Positions 46,809-56,358 are shown, numbered from the stretch's first letter. The stretch is 64,000 nucleotides of DNA from an uncultured Alphaproteobacteria bacterium (GCA_942493205.1 OW818694.1:3441565-3505564); one strand, 5' to 3'. Notes: generated from the sequence alone by a model not told the origin. A program made the numbers and translations.

Positions 46809-47000
46809 TTGCGAACATTCTCCTTTTACATCCATGACAGGCGGTACTCGGTGCCGACGCTGCAGATCGTCACCGTGCGCGACGAGGACCGCGCCCGTGA
46901 GCTGGCGCAACAGCGGCTGTACGAGGGCGACCACCACCTCGCCGTCGAGGTCGTCGAGGGCCAGACCGAGCTGTTCCGGCTGGAACGCCAGAACGCCTGA
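46809..47000 (+). CDS. small hypothetical protein (63 aa from TTG; up to 103 aa if ATG 46689 is used)
   Basis: RTFSFYIHDRRYSVPTLQIVTVRDEDRARELAQQRLYEGDHHLAVEVVEGQTELFRLERQ shows strong GC3 coding bias. The upstream 40 codons look non-protein-like. Confidence 0.45.
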   Translation: MRTFSFYIHDRRYSVPTLQIVTVRDEDRARELAQQRLYEGDHHLAVEVVEGQTELFRLERQNA

Positions 47001-47119
47001 CGCCCCTCTTGCCAGCTGAAAAACCCGAGCGCAGTATCCTCGCTCAAAGGCTCCTTGCCGGCGAACCCGGCACAGGGGCCTTTTCATTTGGAGGCGCCCC
47101 CAAGAGCGCGCAGGGAAGA

Positions 47120-48376
47120 ATGTCCGTCAATAAACAGGGCCATATCCGCCTGACCTCGCATCCGCAGGCAGGCTCCGCCAGCCGTTTCCCCATCGCCTGG
47201 GGCGCGGCGACCGCCGCTGAGCGCGGCCCGGTGATCGCCAGCCCGAACGCCGGCGCCGACCGCAACGCCATCGGCGCCCACGGCGGCGCCTATTCCGTCT
47301 ACCGCTCGCTGGCCATCGCGTCGGGCGCGCTCAATCCGCTGGTCCGGCCGGACCTCACCGACACCTCGCCGGTGGTCGACATCGGCCCGTTCGCTCAGTG
47401 GACGGACGAGAAGAAGATCGTCTCCCTCGACCCCTGGGGCCACCGGGTGCAGGTCGACTTCGCCCGCCAGATCGCCGAGGGCGTCGACATCCGGCCCAGC
47501 ATCGCGGTGACCCGCGCCCGCCTGACTCTGCCGGAGATCGGTCAGGCCATCGACGCCGGCCGGCTGAAGATCGATGGGACCGTGGTCCACGAGAGCCGCG
47601 ACGTGGCGGTGACCAAGGCGGCGCTCGACCCGGTCTGGTATCTGCCCGGCATCGCCGAGCGGTTCGAGGTCGACGAGACCACCCTGCGCCGCACCCTGTT
47701 CGAACAGACCGGCGGCATGTATCCCGAGCTGGTCACCCGGCCGGACATCAAGGTCCTCCTGCCCCCGATCGGCGGCATCACCCTCTACATCTTCGGCGAC
47801 CCGGCCGCGATCGCCGACCCGGCGCGGCGGCTGACCTGCCGCGTCCACGACGAGTGCAACGGCTCCGACGTGTTCGGCTCCGACATCTGCACCTGCCGCC
47901 CCTACCTGACCCACGGCATCGAGGAGGCCATCCTCGAGGCCCAGAACGGCGGCGCCGGCCTGATCGTCTACAACCGCAAGGAAGGCCGGGCGCTGGGCGA
48001 GGTGACCAAGTTCCTCGTCTACAACGCCCGCAAGCGCCAGCCCGGCGGCGACCAGGCGGCCACCTACTTCGAACGCACCGAATGCGTGGCCGGCGTCCAG
48101 GACGCCCGGTTCCAGCAGCTGATGCCCGATGTGCTGCACTGGCTGGGGATCAAGCGCATCGACCGCTTCGTCTCGATGTCCAACATGAAGCACGACGCCC
48201 TGGTCGAGGGCGGCATCGAGATCGGCGAGCGGGTGCCCATCCCCGCCTGGCTGGTCCCCGACGACGCCAGCGTGGAGATGGAGGCCAAGAAGGCCGCCGG
48301 CTACTTCACCCCTGACGGCGCGCCGACGGCCGAAGACCTGAAGAAGGTGGTGGGGCGCGACCTTGGCGAGTTCTGA
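47120..48376 (+). CDS. GTP cyclohydrolase II family protein, URC1-like (putative pyrimidine catabolism)
   Basis: The long N-terminal extension is followed by a RibA-like core: ..RLTCRVHDECNGSDVFGSDICTCRPYLTHGIEEAI..LIVYNRKEGRALGEVTKF..DARFQQLMPDVLHWLGIKRID. The SD sequence GGGAAG precedes the ATG at 47120. Confidence 0.8.
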   Translation: MSVNKQGHIRLTSHPQAGSASRFPIAWGAATAAERGPVIASPNAGADRNAIGAHGGAYSVYRSLAIASGALNPLVRPDLTDTSPVVDIGPFAQWTDEKKIVSLDPWGHRVQVDFARQIAEGVDIRPSIAVTRARLTLPEIGQAIDAGRLKIDGTVVHESRDVAVTKAALDPVWYLPGIAERFEVDETTLRRTLFEQTGGMYPELVTRPDIKVLLPPIGGITLYIFGDPAAIADPARRLTCRVHDECNGSDVFGSDICTCRPYLTHGIEEAILEAQNGGAGLIVYNRKEGRALGEVTKFLVYNARKRQPGGDQAATYFERTECVAGVQDARFQQLMPDVLHWLGIKRIDRFVSMSNMKHDALVEGGIEIGERVPIPAWLVPDDASVEMEAKKAAGYFTPDGAPTAEDLKKVVGRDLGEF

Positions 48377-48416
48377 GTTTCGAGGCAGGGACAGGTTCCG
48401 GCGCTCTGGAATGTCA

Positions 48417-48509
48417 GTCATCCTGAGCAGCCGCGAAGCGGCGTGTCGAAGGACGCACGGCCTCACTGCGTGGTTCGACACGCACCCTGCGGGTGCTGCT
48501 CACCATGAC
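48417..48509. repeat. GTCATCC-type composite element (F-9nt-R)
   Basis: gtcatcctgagcagccgcgaagcggcgtgtcgaaggacgca, spacer cggcctcac, then tgcgtggttcgacacgcaccctgcgggtgctgctcaccatgac. Confidence 0.88.
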
Positions 48510-49698
48510 TAGGAAAGATAGCTCCGCCGCATCGTTGCTGTCGGCAAGCGCCGTCCGCGAACGCGCCCACGAGATGCTGGCCATCGCGCTGGCGGGCGAC
48601 CTCGCCGACTGGCGGGTCGACCTGGACCGGTTGCCGCACACAGCCGACGTCGTCGCGCGGGTGATCCGCGACCAGTATCCGACGTTGAGCGTGCCCTTCC
48701 ACGCTCGCTGGCGGCACTTCCACGCCCGCGGCCGCGACCTCTGGCAGGAGCTGGGCGAGGAGGCCTTCTGGCCGGACCGCGCGGCGCGGGCCCGGGCGGC
48801 CTTCGACCTCTGCATCACCTCGGTCCTGCTCGACGCCGGTTCGGGACCCGGCTGGCGCTACCTCGACGGGCCGACCGGCTCGACCACCGCCCGGTCGGAG
48901 GGGCTGGGCGTCGCCTCGCTGCGGCTGTTCCAGTCCGGCGCCCTGTCGTCGCAGGCCGACGACCCGTTCCGCGCCGACGCGCTGGCCGGCTTCGAGGCCG
49001 CCACGCTCGCCAAGGCCTTCCAGGTCACCGACGACAATCCGCTGGTCGGCCTCGAGGGCCGGGCCGTCCTGCTGCGGCGCCTTGGCCAGACCGTCGGCCG
49101 GCCGGGCGACCTCTACGACGTGATGGTCGCCCGGGCGATTGACGGCCGCCTGCCGGCTCCGGTCATCCTGGAGGTGCTGCTGGAGCGCCTCGGCCCGATC
49201 TGGCAGGACCGCCTGACGCTGGACGGCGTCCCGCTCGGCGACGTCTGGCGCCATCCGGCCATCAAGCGCGACGATGTCACCGACGGCCTCGTCCCCATCC
49301 ACAAGCTGTCGCAATGGCTGGCCTACAGCCTGATCGAGCCGCTGATCGAGGCCGGGATCGAGGTCGTCGACATCGACGGCCTGACCGGACTGGCGGAGTA
49401 TCGCAACGGCGGCCTGTTCATCGACGACGGCGTCCTGATCCCGAAAGATCCGGCGGACATGGACCGCACCCACGCGGTCGGCGACCCGCTGGTCGTCGGC
49501 TGGCGCGCACTGACCGTGGCCCTGCTCGACCGCATCGCCCCGCTGGTGCGCGAGCGGCTGGGCGTGACAGCTGAGGCCTTCCCGCTGGCCCGGGTTCTGG
49601 AGGGCGGCACCTGGGCGGCCGGCCGGCGGCTGGCGGCCGAGCGACGCGAGGGGGGCGGCCCGCCCCTGAAGATCACCAGCGACGGAACGGTATTCTGA
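48493..49698 (+). CDS. DUF1688 family protein (URC4-like)
   Basis: ..[89 protein letters not shown]. Both candidate starts (GTG 48493, ATG 48505) lie inside the repeat. Confidence 0.8.
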   Translation: MLLTMTRKDSSAASLLSASAVRERAHEMLAIALAGDLADWRVDLDRLPHTADVVARVIRDQYPTLSVPFHARWRHFHARGRDLWQELGEEAFWPDRAARARAAFDLCITSVLLDAGSGPGWRYLDGPTGSTTARSEGLGVASLRLFQSGALSSQADDPFRADALAGFEAATLAKAFQVTDDNPLVGLEGRAVLLRRLGQTVGRPGDLYDVMVARAIDGRLPAPVILEVLLERLGPIWQDRLTLDGVPLGDVWRHPAIKRDDVTDGLVPIHKLSQWLAYSLIEPLIEAGIEVVDIDGLTGLAEYRNGGLFIDDGVLIPKDPADMDRTHAVGDPLVVGWRALTVALLDRIAPLVRERLGVTAEAFPLARVLEGGTWAAGRRLAAERREGGGPPLKITSDGTVF

Positions 49699-50339
49699 TG
49701 CCCAGAGGCTATCCAGGCGTGACGGTCGTCGATCACCCGCTGGTGCAGCACAAGCTGACCCGGCTGCGCGACCGCGACACCTCGACCAAGACCTTCCGCG
49801 AGCTGATGCGGGAGATCTCGACCCTGCTCTGCTACGAGGTCACCCGCGATCTGGCCCTCACCGACCGCGCCGTCGAGACGCCGCTGGAGGCGACCACCGC
49901 CCCGGAGATCGCCGGCAAGAAGCTGGTCTTCGCCCCGATCCTGCGGGCCGGGGAGGGGATGCTGGAGGGCATGCTGACGCTGGTCCCGTCGGCCCGCGTC
50001 GCCCACATCGGCCTCTACCGCGACCCGGGCACCAGGGCGGCGGTCGAGTACTACCTCAAGGTCCCCGAGACGATGGCCGAGCGGCAGGTCATCGTCATGA
50101 ACCCGCTGCTGGCCACCGGCGTCACCGCCCGCGCCGCCATCGACCGCCTCAAGGAAGAAGGCGCCCGCGACCTGCGCTTCGTCTGCGTCCTGACCTGCCC
50201 CGAAGGCATCGAGGCCCTGCGCGGCGACCACCCGGACGTGGCGATCTGGACGGCGGGCATCGACCGCGGTCTGGACGAGCGGGGGTACATTCTTCCCGGG
50301 CTGGGGGATGCGGGCGATAGGCTGTACGGCACCCGATAG
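49698..50339 (+). CDS. upp: uracil phosphoribosyltransferase
   Basis: ..[75 protein letters not shown]. The ATG overlaps the upstream TGA. Confidence 0.95.
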   Translation: MPRGYPGVTVVDHPLVQHKLTRLRDRDTSTKTFRELMREISTLLCYEVTRDLALTDRAVETPLEATTAPEIAGKKLVFAPILRAGEGMLEGMLTLVPSARVAHIGLYRDPGTRAAVEYYLKVPETMAERQVIVMNPLLATGVTARAAIDRLKEEGARDLRFVCVLTCPEGIEALRGDHPDVAIWTAGIDRGLDERGYILPGLGDAGDRLYGTR

Positions 50340-50438
50340 GCGATGGCCGCGCTGACTCTTTCCTCGCCCAAGAGGGAGAGGACCGGTGCATTGGCGTCCG
50401 GGATGACAGTGCGCGACCGGGCCGCTAGCCTCTCGGCC

Positions 50439-51227
50439 ATGACTCACGAAACCCTCCTCACCGCCACGCCCGCCGAGGGCGTGCTGCTCGTCACGCTCAA
50501 TCGCCCCGACGCCGGCAATTCGCTGTCGACGCAGATGGCGGAGGAGTTGCTGGCGCTGTGGACGGGCCTGGCCGCCGATCCGGGCGTCCTGCGCGCGGTG
50601 GTCCTCACCGGCGCCGGGAACAAGATCTTCTGCGCCGGGGCGGACCTGAAGGAGCGGGACGGCATGACCGACGCGCAGTGGGTCGACCAGCACCGCCTGT
50701 TCGAGGCCATGCGCGACGCGCTGGTCGCCCTGCCGGTCCCGGTGATCGCGGCCGTCAACGGCGCGGCCTACGGCGGCGGGGCGGAGATCGCGCTCAACTG
50801 CGACTTCATCTACGCCGCCGAGGGCGCGCGGCTGGCGCTGCCGGAGGTCAAGCTGGGCATCATGCCGGGGCTGGGTGGAGCGCCCAACCTGGTCCGGGCG
50901 GCCGGCGAGCGCCGGGCCCGCGAGGTGCTGCTGACCGGCGATCCCTTCACCGCCGCCGAAGGCCTGGCCTGGGGCGTGGTCAACCGCGTCTGCGCCGCCG
51001 ACGAGCTGGTCGCCGCCGCCGTCGAAACCGCCCGCAGGATCGCCGCCAACGCCCCGCTGTCGGTGCGCAACATCCGCCGCGTGGTCCGCGACACCGCCGT
51101 GCTGACCGGCGCGGAGGCCATCGCGGTCGAGCTGGCCGCCTACGACGAACTCACCCCGACGGACGACCGCCGCGAGGGCGTCGCGGCCTGGGGGGAGAAG
51201 CGCAAGGCTGAGTGGACAGGGCGGTAG
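50439..51227 (+). CDS. enoyl-CoA hydratase/isomerase family protein
   Basis: MTHETLLTATPAEGVLLVTLNRPDAGNSL..VVLTGAGNKIFCAGADLKER..IAAVNGAAYGGGAEIALNCDFIYA. Confidence 0.9.
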   Translation: MTHETLLTATPAEGVLLVTLNRPDAGNSLSTQMAEELLALWTGLAADPGVLRAVVLTGAGNKIFCAGADLKERDGMTDAQWVDQHRLFEAMRDALVALPVPVIAAVNGAAYGGGAEIALNCDFIYAAEGARLALPEVKLGIMPGLGGAPNLVRAAGERRAREVLLTGDPFTAAEGLAWGVVNRVCAADELVAAAVETARRIAANAPLSVRNIRRVVRDTAVLTGAEAIAVELAAYDELTPTDDRREGVAAWGEKRKAEWTGR

Positions 51228-51241
51228 TGACAATTGGAAAA

Positions 51242-51308
51242 GGGGGACAGTCACTCATTTCCTCTGTGCGCCTTCGCTTCCGCCGTCGGAAATGAGTGAC
51301 TGTCCCCC
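51242..51308. repeat. inverted repeat sharing GGGGACAG/CTGTCCCC termini with the 44-bp palindrome family (21-bp arms, 25-nt loop)
   Basis: gggggacagtcactcatttcc (51242-51262) and ggaaatgagtgactgtccccc (51288-51308) are perfect complements. Confidence 0.85.
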
Positions 51309-51341
51309 ATTTCCGCCGCCGACTCCCCTATATTCCTCCTC

Positions 51342-53210
51342 GTGACCGACACCCCCGCCCCCGAAGTCCCGGCCCTGACCGGCGCCGCCCTGATCGCCGA
51401 CCATGCCCGGCGGCTGCCGGACGCGCCGGGCGTGTACCGGATGATCGGCGAGGGCGGCGAGGTGCTCTATGTCGGCAAGGCCCGCTCGCTGAAGAAGCGG
51501 GTGATCCAGTACGCGCAAGGGCGGTTCCACACCAACCGCATCGCCCACATGGTCGACCTGACCCGGGCGATGGAGTTCGTCTCGGTGCGGACCGAGACCG
51601 ACGCCCTGCTGCTCGAGATCAACCTGATCAAGCAGATGAAGCCGCGCTTCAATGTGCTGCTGCGCGACGACAAGAGCTTCCCCGAGATCGTCATCCGCCG
51701 CGAGCATCCGGCCGCCCAGCTGCGCAAGCACCGCGGGGCGCACACCATCAAGGGCGACTATTTCGGACCCTTCGCCTCGGCCGGGGCGGTGAACCGCACG
51801 CTGAACACGCTGCAGAAGGCCTTCCTGCTGCGGTCCTGTTCCGACAGCGTCTACGAGAGCCGCACCCGGCCCTGCATGCTGCACCAGATCCGGCGCTGCG
51901 CCGCGCCCTGCACCGGCCTGATCGCGCTGGACGACTATGCGAAGCTGGTCGAGGAGGCCGAGGCCTTCCTGCGCGGCAAGAGCCGGGCGGTGATGGCCCG
52001 GATGTCCGAGCAGATGCAGGCGGCGTCCGACGAGCTGGAGTTCGAGCGCGCCGCCCGGCTGCGCGACCGCATCCGCGCCCTGTCGGCGGTCAGCCAGGAG
52101 ACCCAGGTCAACCCCGAGACGGTTGACGAGGCTGACGTCTTCGCGCTGTTCGCCGAGGGCGGCCAGGCCTGCGTCCAGGTGTTCTTCTTCCGCGCCGGGC
52201 AGAACTGGGGCAACCGCGCCTACTTCCCGCGGGTCGACAAGAGCGACAGCGACGCGGAGGTGATGAGCGCCTTCCTCGGCCAGTTCTACGATGACCGGCC
52301 GCTGCCGCGGTCGATCCTGGTCAACGTCCAGCCCTATGAGCACGAGCTGCTCGGCGAGGCCTTCAGCATGAAGGCCGGCCGCCGGGTCGAGATCGCCCGG
52401 CCGCAGCGCGGCGAGAAGAAGGGCCTGGTCGAGCAGGCGACGCTGAACGCCCGCGAGGCGCTGGGCCGGCGCATGGCCGAGGGCTCGGCCCAGGGCAAAC
52501 TGCTGGCCGGGGTTGCCGAGGCCTTCGGGCTGGAGGCGCCGCCGGAGCGCATTGAGGTCTACGACAACAGCCACATCATGGGGACCAACGCCGTCGGCGG
52601 CATGGTCGTGGCCGGGCCCGAGGGCTTCCAGAAGAACCAGTACCGCAAGTTCAACATCAAGGGGACCGAGCTCACCCCCGGCGACGACTACGGCATGATG
52701 AAGGAGGTGCTGCGCCGCCGCTTCGCCCGCCTGGTCAAGGAAGAGGAGGGCGGCGACGACAGCGCCCGGCCCGACCTGGTGCTGATCGACGGCGGCAAGG
52801 GCCAGCTGGACGCGGTGCTGGAGGTGATGGCCGACCTGGGCGTCGACGACATCGCCGTGGTCGGGGTGGCCAAGGGGCCGGACCGCGACGCCGGGCTGGA
52901 GCGGTTCTTCATGCCGGGCAAGACGCCCTTCATGCTCGAGCCCAAGAGCCCGGTGCTCTACTACCTGCAACGCCTGCGGGACGAGGCGCACCGCTTCGCG
53001 ATCGGCACCCATCGCGCCAAGCGCAGCGCCGAGATGAAGCGCAATCCGCTCGACGAGATCGACGGCGTGGGCCCCGGCCGCAAGAAGGCGCTGCTGCATG
53101 CGTTCGGCTCGGCTCGAGAGGTCGGCAAGGCCTCGGTCGACGATCTGATGAAGGTCGACGGCGTCAGCGGACCGCTGGCGCAGCGCATCCACGACTTTTT
53201 CCGCAAGTGA
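51342..53210 (+). CDS. uvrC: excinuclease ABC subunit C (UvrC)
   Basis: The GIY-YIG motif reads [26 protein letters not shown]. The UVR motif reads [17 protein letters not shown]. The C-terminal HhH reads [21 protein letters not shown]. Confidence 0.96.
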   Translation: MTDTPAPEVPALTGAALIADHARRLPDAPGVYRMIGEGGEVLYVGKARSLKKRVIQYAQGRFHTNRIAHMVDLTRAMEFVSVRTETDALLLEINLIKQMKPRFNVLLRDDKSFPEIVIRREHPAAQLRKHRGAHTIKGDYFGPFASAGAVNRTLNTLQKAFLLRSCSDSVYESRTRPCMLHQIRRCAAPCTGLIALDDYAKLVEEAEAFLRGKSRAVMARMSEQMQAASDELEFERAARLRDRIRALSAVSQETQVNPETVDEADVFALFAEGGQACVQVFFFRAGQNWGNRAYFPRVDKSDSDAEVMSAFLGQFYDDRPLPRSILVNVQPYEHELLGEAFSMKAGRRVEIARPQRGEKKGLVEQATLNAREALGRRMAEGSAQGKLLAGVAEAFGLEAPPERIEVYDNSHIMGTNAVGGMVVAGPEGFQKNQYRKFNIKGTELTPGDDYGMMKEVLRRRFARLVKEEEGGDDSARPDLVLIDGGKGQLDAVLEVMADLGVDDIAVVGVAKGPDRDAGLERFFMPGKTPFMLEPKSPVLYYLQRLRDEAHRFAIGTHRAKRSAEMKRNPLDEIDGVGPGRKKALLHAFGSAREVGKASVDDLMKVDGVSGPLAQRIHDFFRK

Positions 53211-53235
53211 CGCGTTCAGACGCTATGGTGCGCCC

Positions 53236-53868
53236 ATGAAATCGCTTCCCAACATCCTGACCGGCGCGCGGCTGGTGCTGACGCTGTTCGTGTTCCTGGC
53301 GCTCATCGGGCTGATGCCGGTGTCGCCGGTCTATCGCTGGGCCATGGTCGCGGCGCAGGAGCCGGCGGCGATCCAGCAGGCGCTGTACTTCTTCGCCTTC
53401 TGGGGATTCCTCGTCGCGGCGGTGACCGATTTCCTCGACGGCTGGATGGCGCGCCGGTTCGACGCGACGAGCACGCTGGGCGCCATCCTCGATCCGATCG
53501 CCGACAAGGTGCTGGTGGCCGGGATGGTCGTGGGCATCGCCGCGCTCGGCAACTGGATCGTCGCCCTGGCCGGCGGCCTGATCCTGTTCCGCGAGTTCTC
53601 GGTCAGCGCCCTGCGCGAGACCCTGGCGCCGAAGGGGCTGAAGCTGCCCGTGACCACGCTGGCCAAGTGGAAGACGACGCTGCAGCTGGTGGCGCTGGCG
53701 GCGGAGCTGTTCGTGTTCGGCTGGCGCGCCTGGGGCCTGCCGGAGGACGCCGAACTGATCGGCCGGGCCTTCCTGACAGCGCACGGCGTCCTGGCGCTGG
53801 CGACCGTGGTCACCGTCTGGACCGGCGTCGAGTACGCTCTGGCCGCCCGCAAGGCGCTGAAGGCCTGA
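53236..53868 (+). CDS. pgsA: CDP-diacylglycerol--glycerol-3-phosphate 3-phosphatidyltransferase
   Basis: LPNILTGARLVL..TDFLDGWMARRFDATSTLGAILDPIADKVLV is the CDP-alcohol phosphatidyltransferase motif. Confidence 0.9.
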   Translation: MKSLPNILTGARLVLTLFVFLALIGLMPVSPVYRWAMVAAQEPAAIQQALYFFAFWGFLVAAVTDFLDGWMARRFDATSTLGAILDPIADKVLVAGMVVGIAALGNWIVALAGGLILFREFSVSALRETLAPKGLKLPVTTLAKWKTTLQLVALAAELFVFGWRAWGLPEDAELIGRAFLTAHGVLALATVVTVWTGVEYALAARKALKA

Positions 53869-53940
53869 CTTTGGCCGCAGAACGCGGGTCAGGGTTACGC
53901 GCTGGCGGTGATCGTGCCATGATCAGCCGCGTAAACCCGG

Positions 53941-54474
53941 GTGAAAACGGTGCTGACTTCCCTCGCCATGACCCTGGCGCTTCTCGCGCAGGATAGCCCC
54001 GCCGTCCTGCAGTCCTGCGTGTTCGAGGACACCGGCTGGGTCTGCCGCTATCGCACCGAGGAAAGCGCGGTCGAGCTGGTTCCGCCGGCCTCGGTCGCGA
54101 CGCAGCTGCCTGATCCGAAGCCGAAGCCCGAGAGCGCGCTCACCAAGGAAGAGCTCCGCCAGGCCAAACTCATCCGGCGCTGCGCCGACGCCTCCTGGAT
54201 GTCATTGTGCACGCCGGGCGACCGCAAGGAGGCCAAGGCGTTGAAGGACGCGGCCGAGGCCCGGGCGACCCTGCGGCTGAAGGTGACGACCCTGGTCGCC
54301 GACGGCCGTTGCCCCGACGCGGTCGGCGCCGCGCTGCAGGGCGGCGACCTGGCGCTGGCGCGGGAGATCCGCGAGTTCTGCGCCGTGGACAGCGCCACGG
54401 ACAAGGCGGCCGACAAGCCGGTGACCGACAAACCCGCGGACAAGCCGGCGGCGGTCGCGGCCGAGAAGCCCTAG
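53941..54474 (+). CDS. hypothetical secreted Cys-containing protein with Lys/Pro/Ala-rich tail
   Basis: A GTG start gives MKTVLTSLAMTLALLAQD. The C-terminus reads DKAADKPVTDKPADKPAAVAAEKP. I recognised no domain. Confidence 0.45.
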   Translation: MKTVLTSLAMTLALLAQDSPAVLQSCVFEDTGWVCRYRTEESAVELVPPASVATQLPDPKPKPESALTKEELRQAKLIRRCADASWMSLCTPGDRKEAKALKDAAEARATLRLKVTTLVADGRCPDAVGAALQGGDLALAREIREFCAVDSATDKAADKPVTDKPADKPAAVAAEKP

Positions 54475-54518
54475 GCGTCGCGGCGCCTTCGTCATCCGAG
54501 CATCACCGGACAAGACAA

Positions 54519-54546
54519 GGCCCGCGCCGGGGATCCGGCGCGGGCC
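54519..54546. terminator. bidirectional Rho-independent terminator between convergent genes
   Basis: GGCCCGCGCCGG-ggat-CCGGCGCGGGCC is a perfect 12-bp stem. It is followed by TGTTTCGT. Confidence 0.75.
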
Positions 54547-54578
54547 TGTTTCGTCTGGTCCTTCGACCGCGGCTGGCC

Positions 54579-55025
54579 TTAGTCGGCCGGGCCGCAGGCG
54601 GCGCCGTCCGGGCAGCCTTCGAAGTGGACTTGCGGCGGCTCGACCGTCACACGCGACGGCTTCACGCGAACATCAGGCGCCCGGATGTAGATCTGGACGG
54701 GCTCGACGCGGATGGGCGGCGCCTCGACGTAGATCGGCGGACCCTTGACGTCGATCCGGCCGGACGGAACCGAGACCGGCGGCGAGGTGATGTAGATGCC
54801 GGGACCGCCCGAGGCGCTCACGCTCCAGGCCGGGCCCGGCGTGTAGAACTGGCGGTGAACCCGGCACGGGCATTCGCCATGCTCGGGGTGCGGCGCTTCG
54901 GTGCAGCCGTGCCAGGGCGCCGGCGGTCCGGGGACCGGTCCCGGGGGCGGCCCGCCCGCCATCGCGCCACTCGCGCCGGCGCTCGCCAGCAAGGCGGTCG
55001 AAACCGCCACCATCAACTTGCGCAT
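54579..55025 (-). CDS. secreted Pro-rich protein with PPIxV-type short repeats and paired Cys clusters
   Basis: The internal ATG gives MRKLMVAVSTALLASAGASGAMA, a signal peptide. Further on: ..IDVKGPPIYVEAPPIRVEPVQIYIRAPDVRVKPSRVTVEPPQVHF. Confidence 0.5.
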   Translation of the reverse strand: MRKLMVAVSTALLASAGASGAMAGGPPPGPVPGPPAPWHGCTEAPHPEHGECPCRVHRQFYTPGPAWSVSASGGPGIYITSPPVSVPSGRIDVKGPPIYVEAPPIRVEPVQIYIRAPDVRVKPSRVTVEPPQVHFEGCPDGAACGPAD

Positions 55026-55210
55026 ATCCCGCCTCCGATTGGTCCGCGAAGAAACCTGAACAGTGCCCCCAGAGCACTCGTCGAACATGGTTAGTTGAGG
55101 GCGGCTGGACTGGCAAGCACTCGTTAACCCTAAGAGTTCGTCGTTCGCCCGACAGGCGAATTCTGTCCGTGTCGCGTGTATTCGGCGTCGACGCGGACGC
55201 CCCGCGCCCC

Positions 55211-55375
55211 CTATTCGGCCGCCATCAGGGTGATCGCGTGCGGCGCTGTATCCTCGACCTCCACCACCTCCGGATCGGTCGGACCGTACAAAAGCCAGTC
55301 GGATCCCGGCGCCTGGTCCCGCTCGCCCCGCATCAGGATTGCGATCAACAGGGGGCCAACGCTGCGCAGAACCAT
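55211..55375 (-). CDS. small hypothetical protein (54 aa)
   Basis: MVLRSVGPLLIAILMRGERDQAPGSDWLLYGPTDPEVVEVEDTAPHAITLMAAE. A consensus SD sequence GGAGG lies 5 nt upstream of the ATG. Confidence 0.4.
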   Translation of the reverse strand: MVLRSVGPLLIAILMRGERDQAPGSDWLLYGPTDPEVVEVEDTAPHAITLMAAE

Positions 55376-55461
55376 GCTCGCCTCCGGGACTTGATACCGA
55401 AGTTGAGAATGTCTCGCAATTACGGCCGATGCAAGACGGGACCGTCGCGGGTCGGCCGCGA

Positions 55462-56358
55462 TCAGCTCATCGGGTTCGCCGACGGCGGCGGATCGCCGGG
55501 CAGCGGAATGAACTCGTCGTGGTCCAGGTCGGGCAGCTTCATGCGGCCGGCGCGCCAGTCGGCCTTGGCCTGTTCGATGCGGTCCTTGCTCGAGGAGACG
55601 AAGTTCCACTCGATGAAGCGCGGCCCGATCGGCTCGCCGCCCAGCAGCATGACGGTCGCGGGCTCCAGCGCGGAGAAGGCGATGGTGTCGCCCGGCGCGA
55701 ACACGGCCATCTGACCGGTGCGCAGGGTCTGTCCGTCGACCTCGACGCTGCCCTTCGCCACATAGGCCGCCCGCTCGGGATACTCGGCCGGCAGGGCGGC
55801 CTTCGCCCCGGCGGCCAGCTCCCAGTGCACATAGAAGCACGGGGAGAACACCGGCACCTTCGCTTCCGCGCCGAACGCCTTGCCGGCGATCAGCCGTGCG
55901 GCCATGCCGCCGCCCTCGTAGAAGGGCAGGTCGTCGTTCCCTTCGTGATGCGAGAAGGCCGGCGCGGCTTCCTCGTGTTCCTCGGGCAGGGCCAGCCAGG
56001 TCTGGATGCCATCCATCGGCCCGCCGTCGCGGCGCAGGTCCTCGAAGCGTTCGGAGTGGGTGATGCCGCTGCCGGCCGTCATCCAGTTGACCTCTCCGGG
56101 CCGGATGACGATCTCGGAGCCGACGCTGTCGCGATGGGTCATCGCCCCCTCGAACAGGTAGCTCAGCGTCGACAAGCCGATGTGCGGATGCGGCCGCACG
56201 TCGACCTCGCGGCCGAAGCCGGGCTGGAACCGCGCCGGGCCCATATGATCGAAGAAGATGAACGGCCCGACGGTCCGCCGGGCGGGCCAGGGCAGCACCC
56301 GCCCGACCTCGAACCCGCCCAGGTCCTTGCGCCGCTGGTCGATGACGAGGTCGATCAT
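55462..56358 (-). CDS. pirin family protein
   Basis: ..GPFIFFDHMGPA..RPHPHIGLSTLSYLFEGAMTHRDSVGSEIVIRPGEVNWMTAGSGITHSE. This is the internal ATG at 56358 of the track ORF. Confidence 0.9.
   Translation of the reverse strand: MIDLVIDQRRKDLGGFEVGRVLPWPARRTVGPFIFFDHMGPARFQPGFGREVDVRPHPHIGLSTLSYLFEGAMTHRDSVGSEIVIRPGEVNWMTAGSGITHSERFEDLRRDGGPMDGIQTWLALPEEHEEAAPAFSHHEGNDDLPFYEGGGMAARLIAGKAFGAEAKVPVFSPCFYVHWELAAGAKAALPAEYPERAAYVAKGSVEVDGQTLRTGQMAVFAPGDTIAFSALEPATVMLLGGEPIGPRFIEWNFVSSSKDRIEQAKADWRAGRMKLPDLDHDEFIPLPGDPPPSANPMS

Noticed and set aside
49323-53192. two minus-strand ORFs of 643 and 645 aa
   Set aside because: They are antisense to DUF1688, upp and the crotonase, and to uvrC. No motifs. 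Shadow frames.
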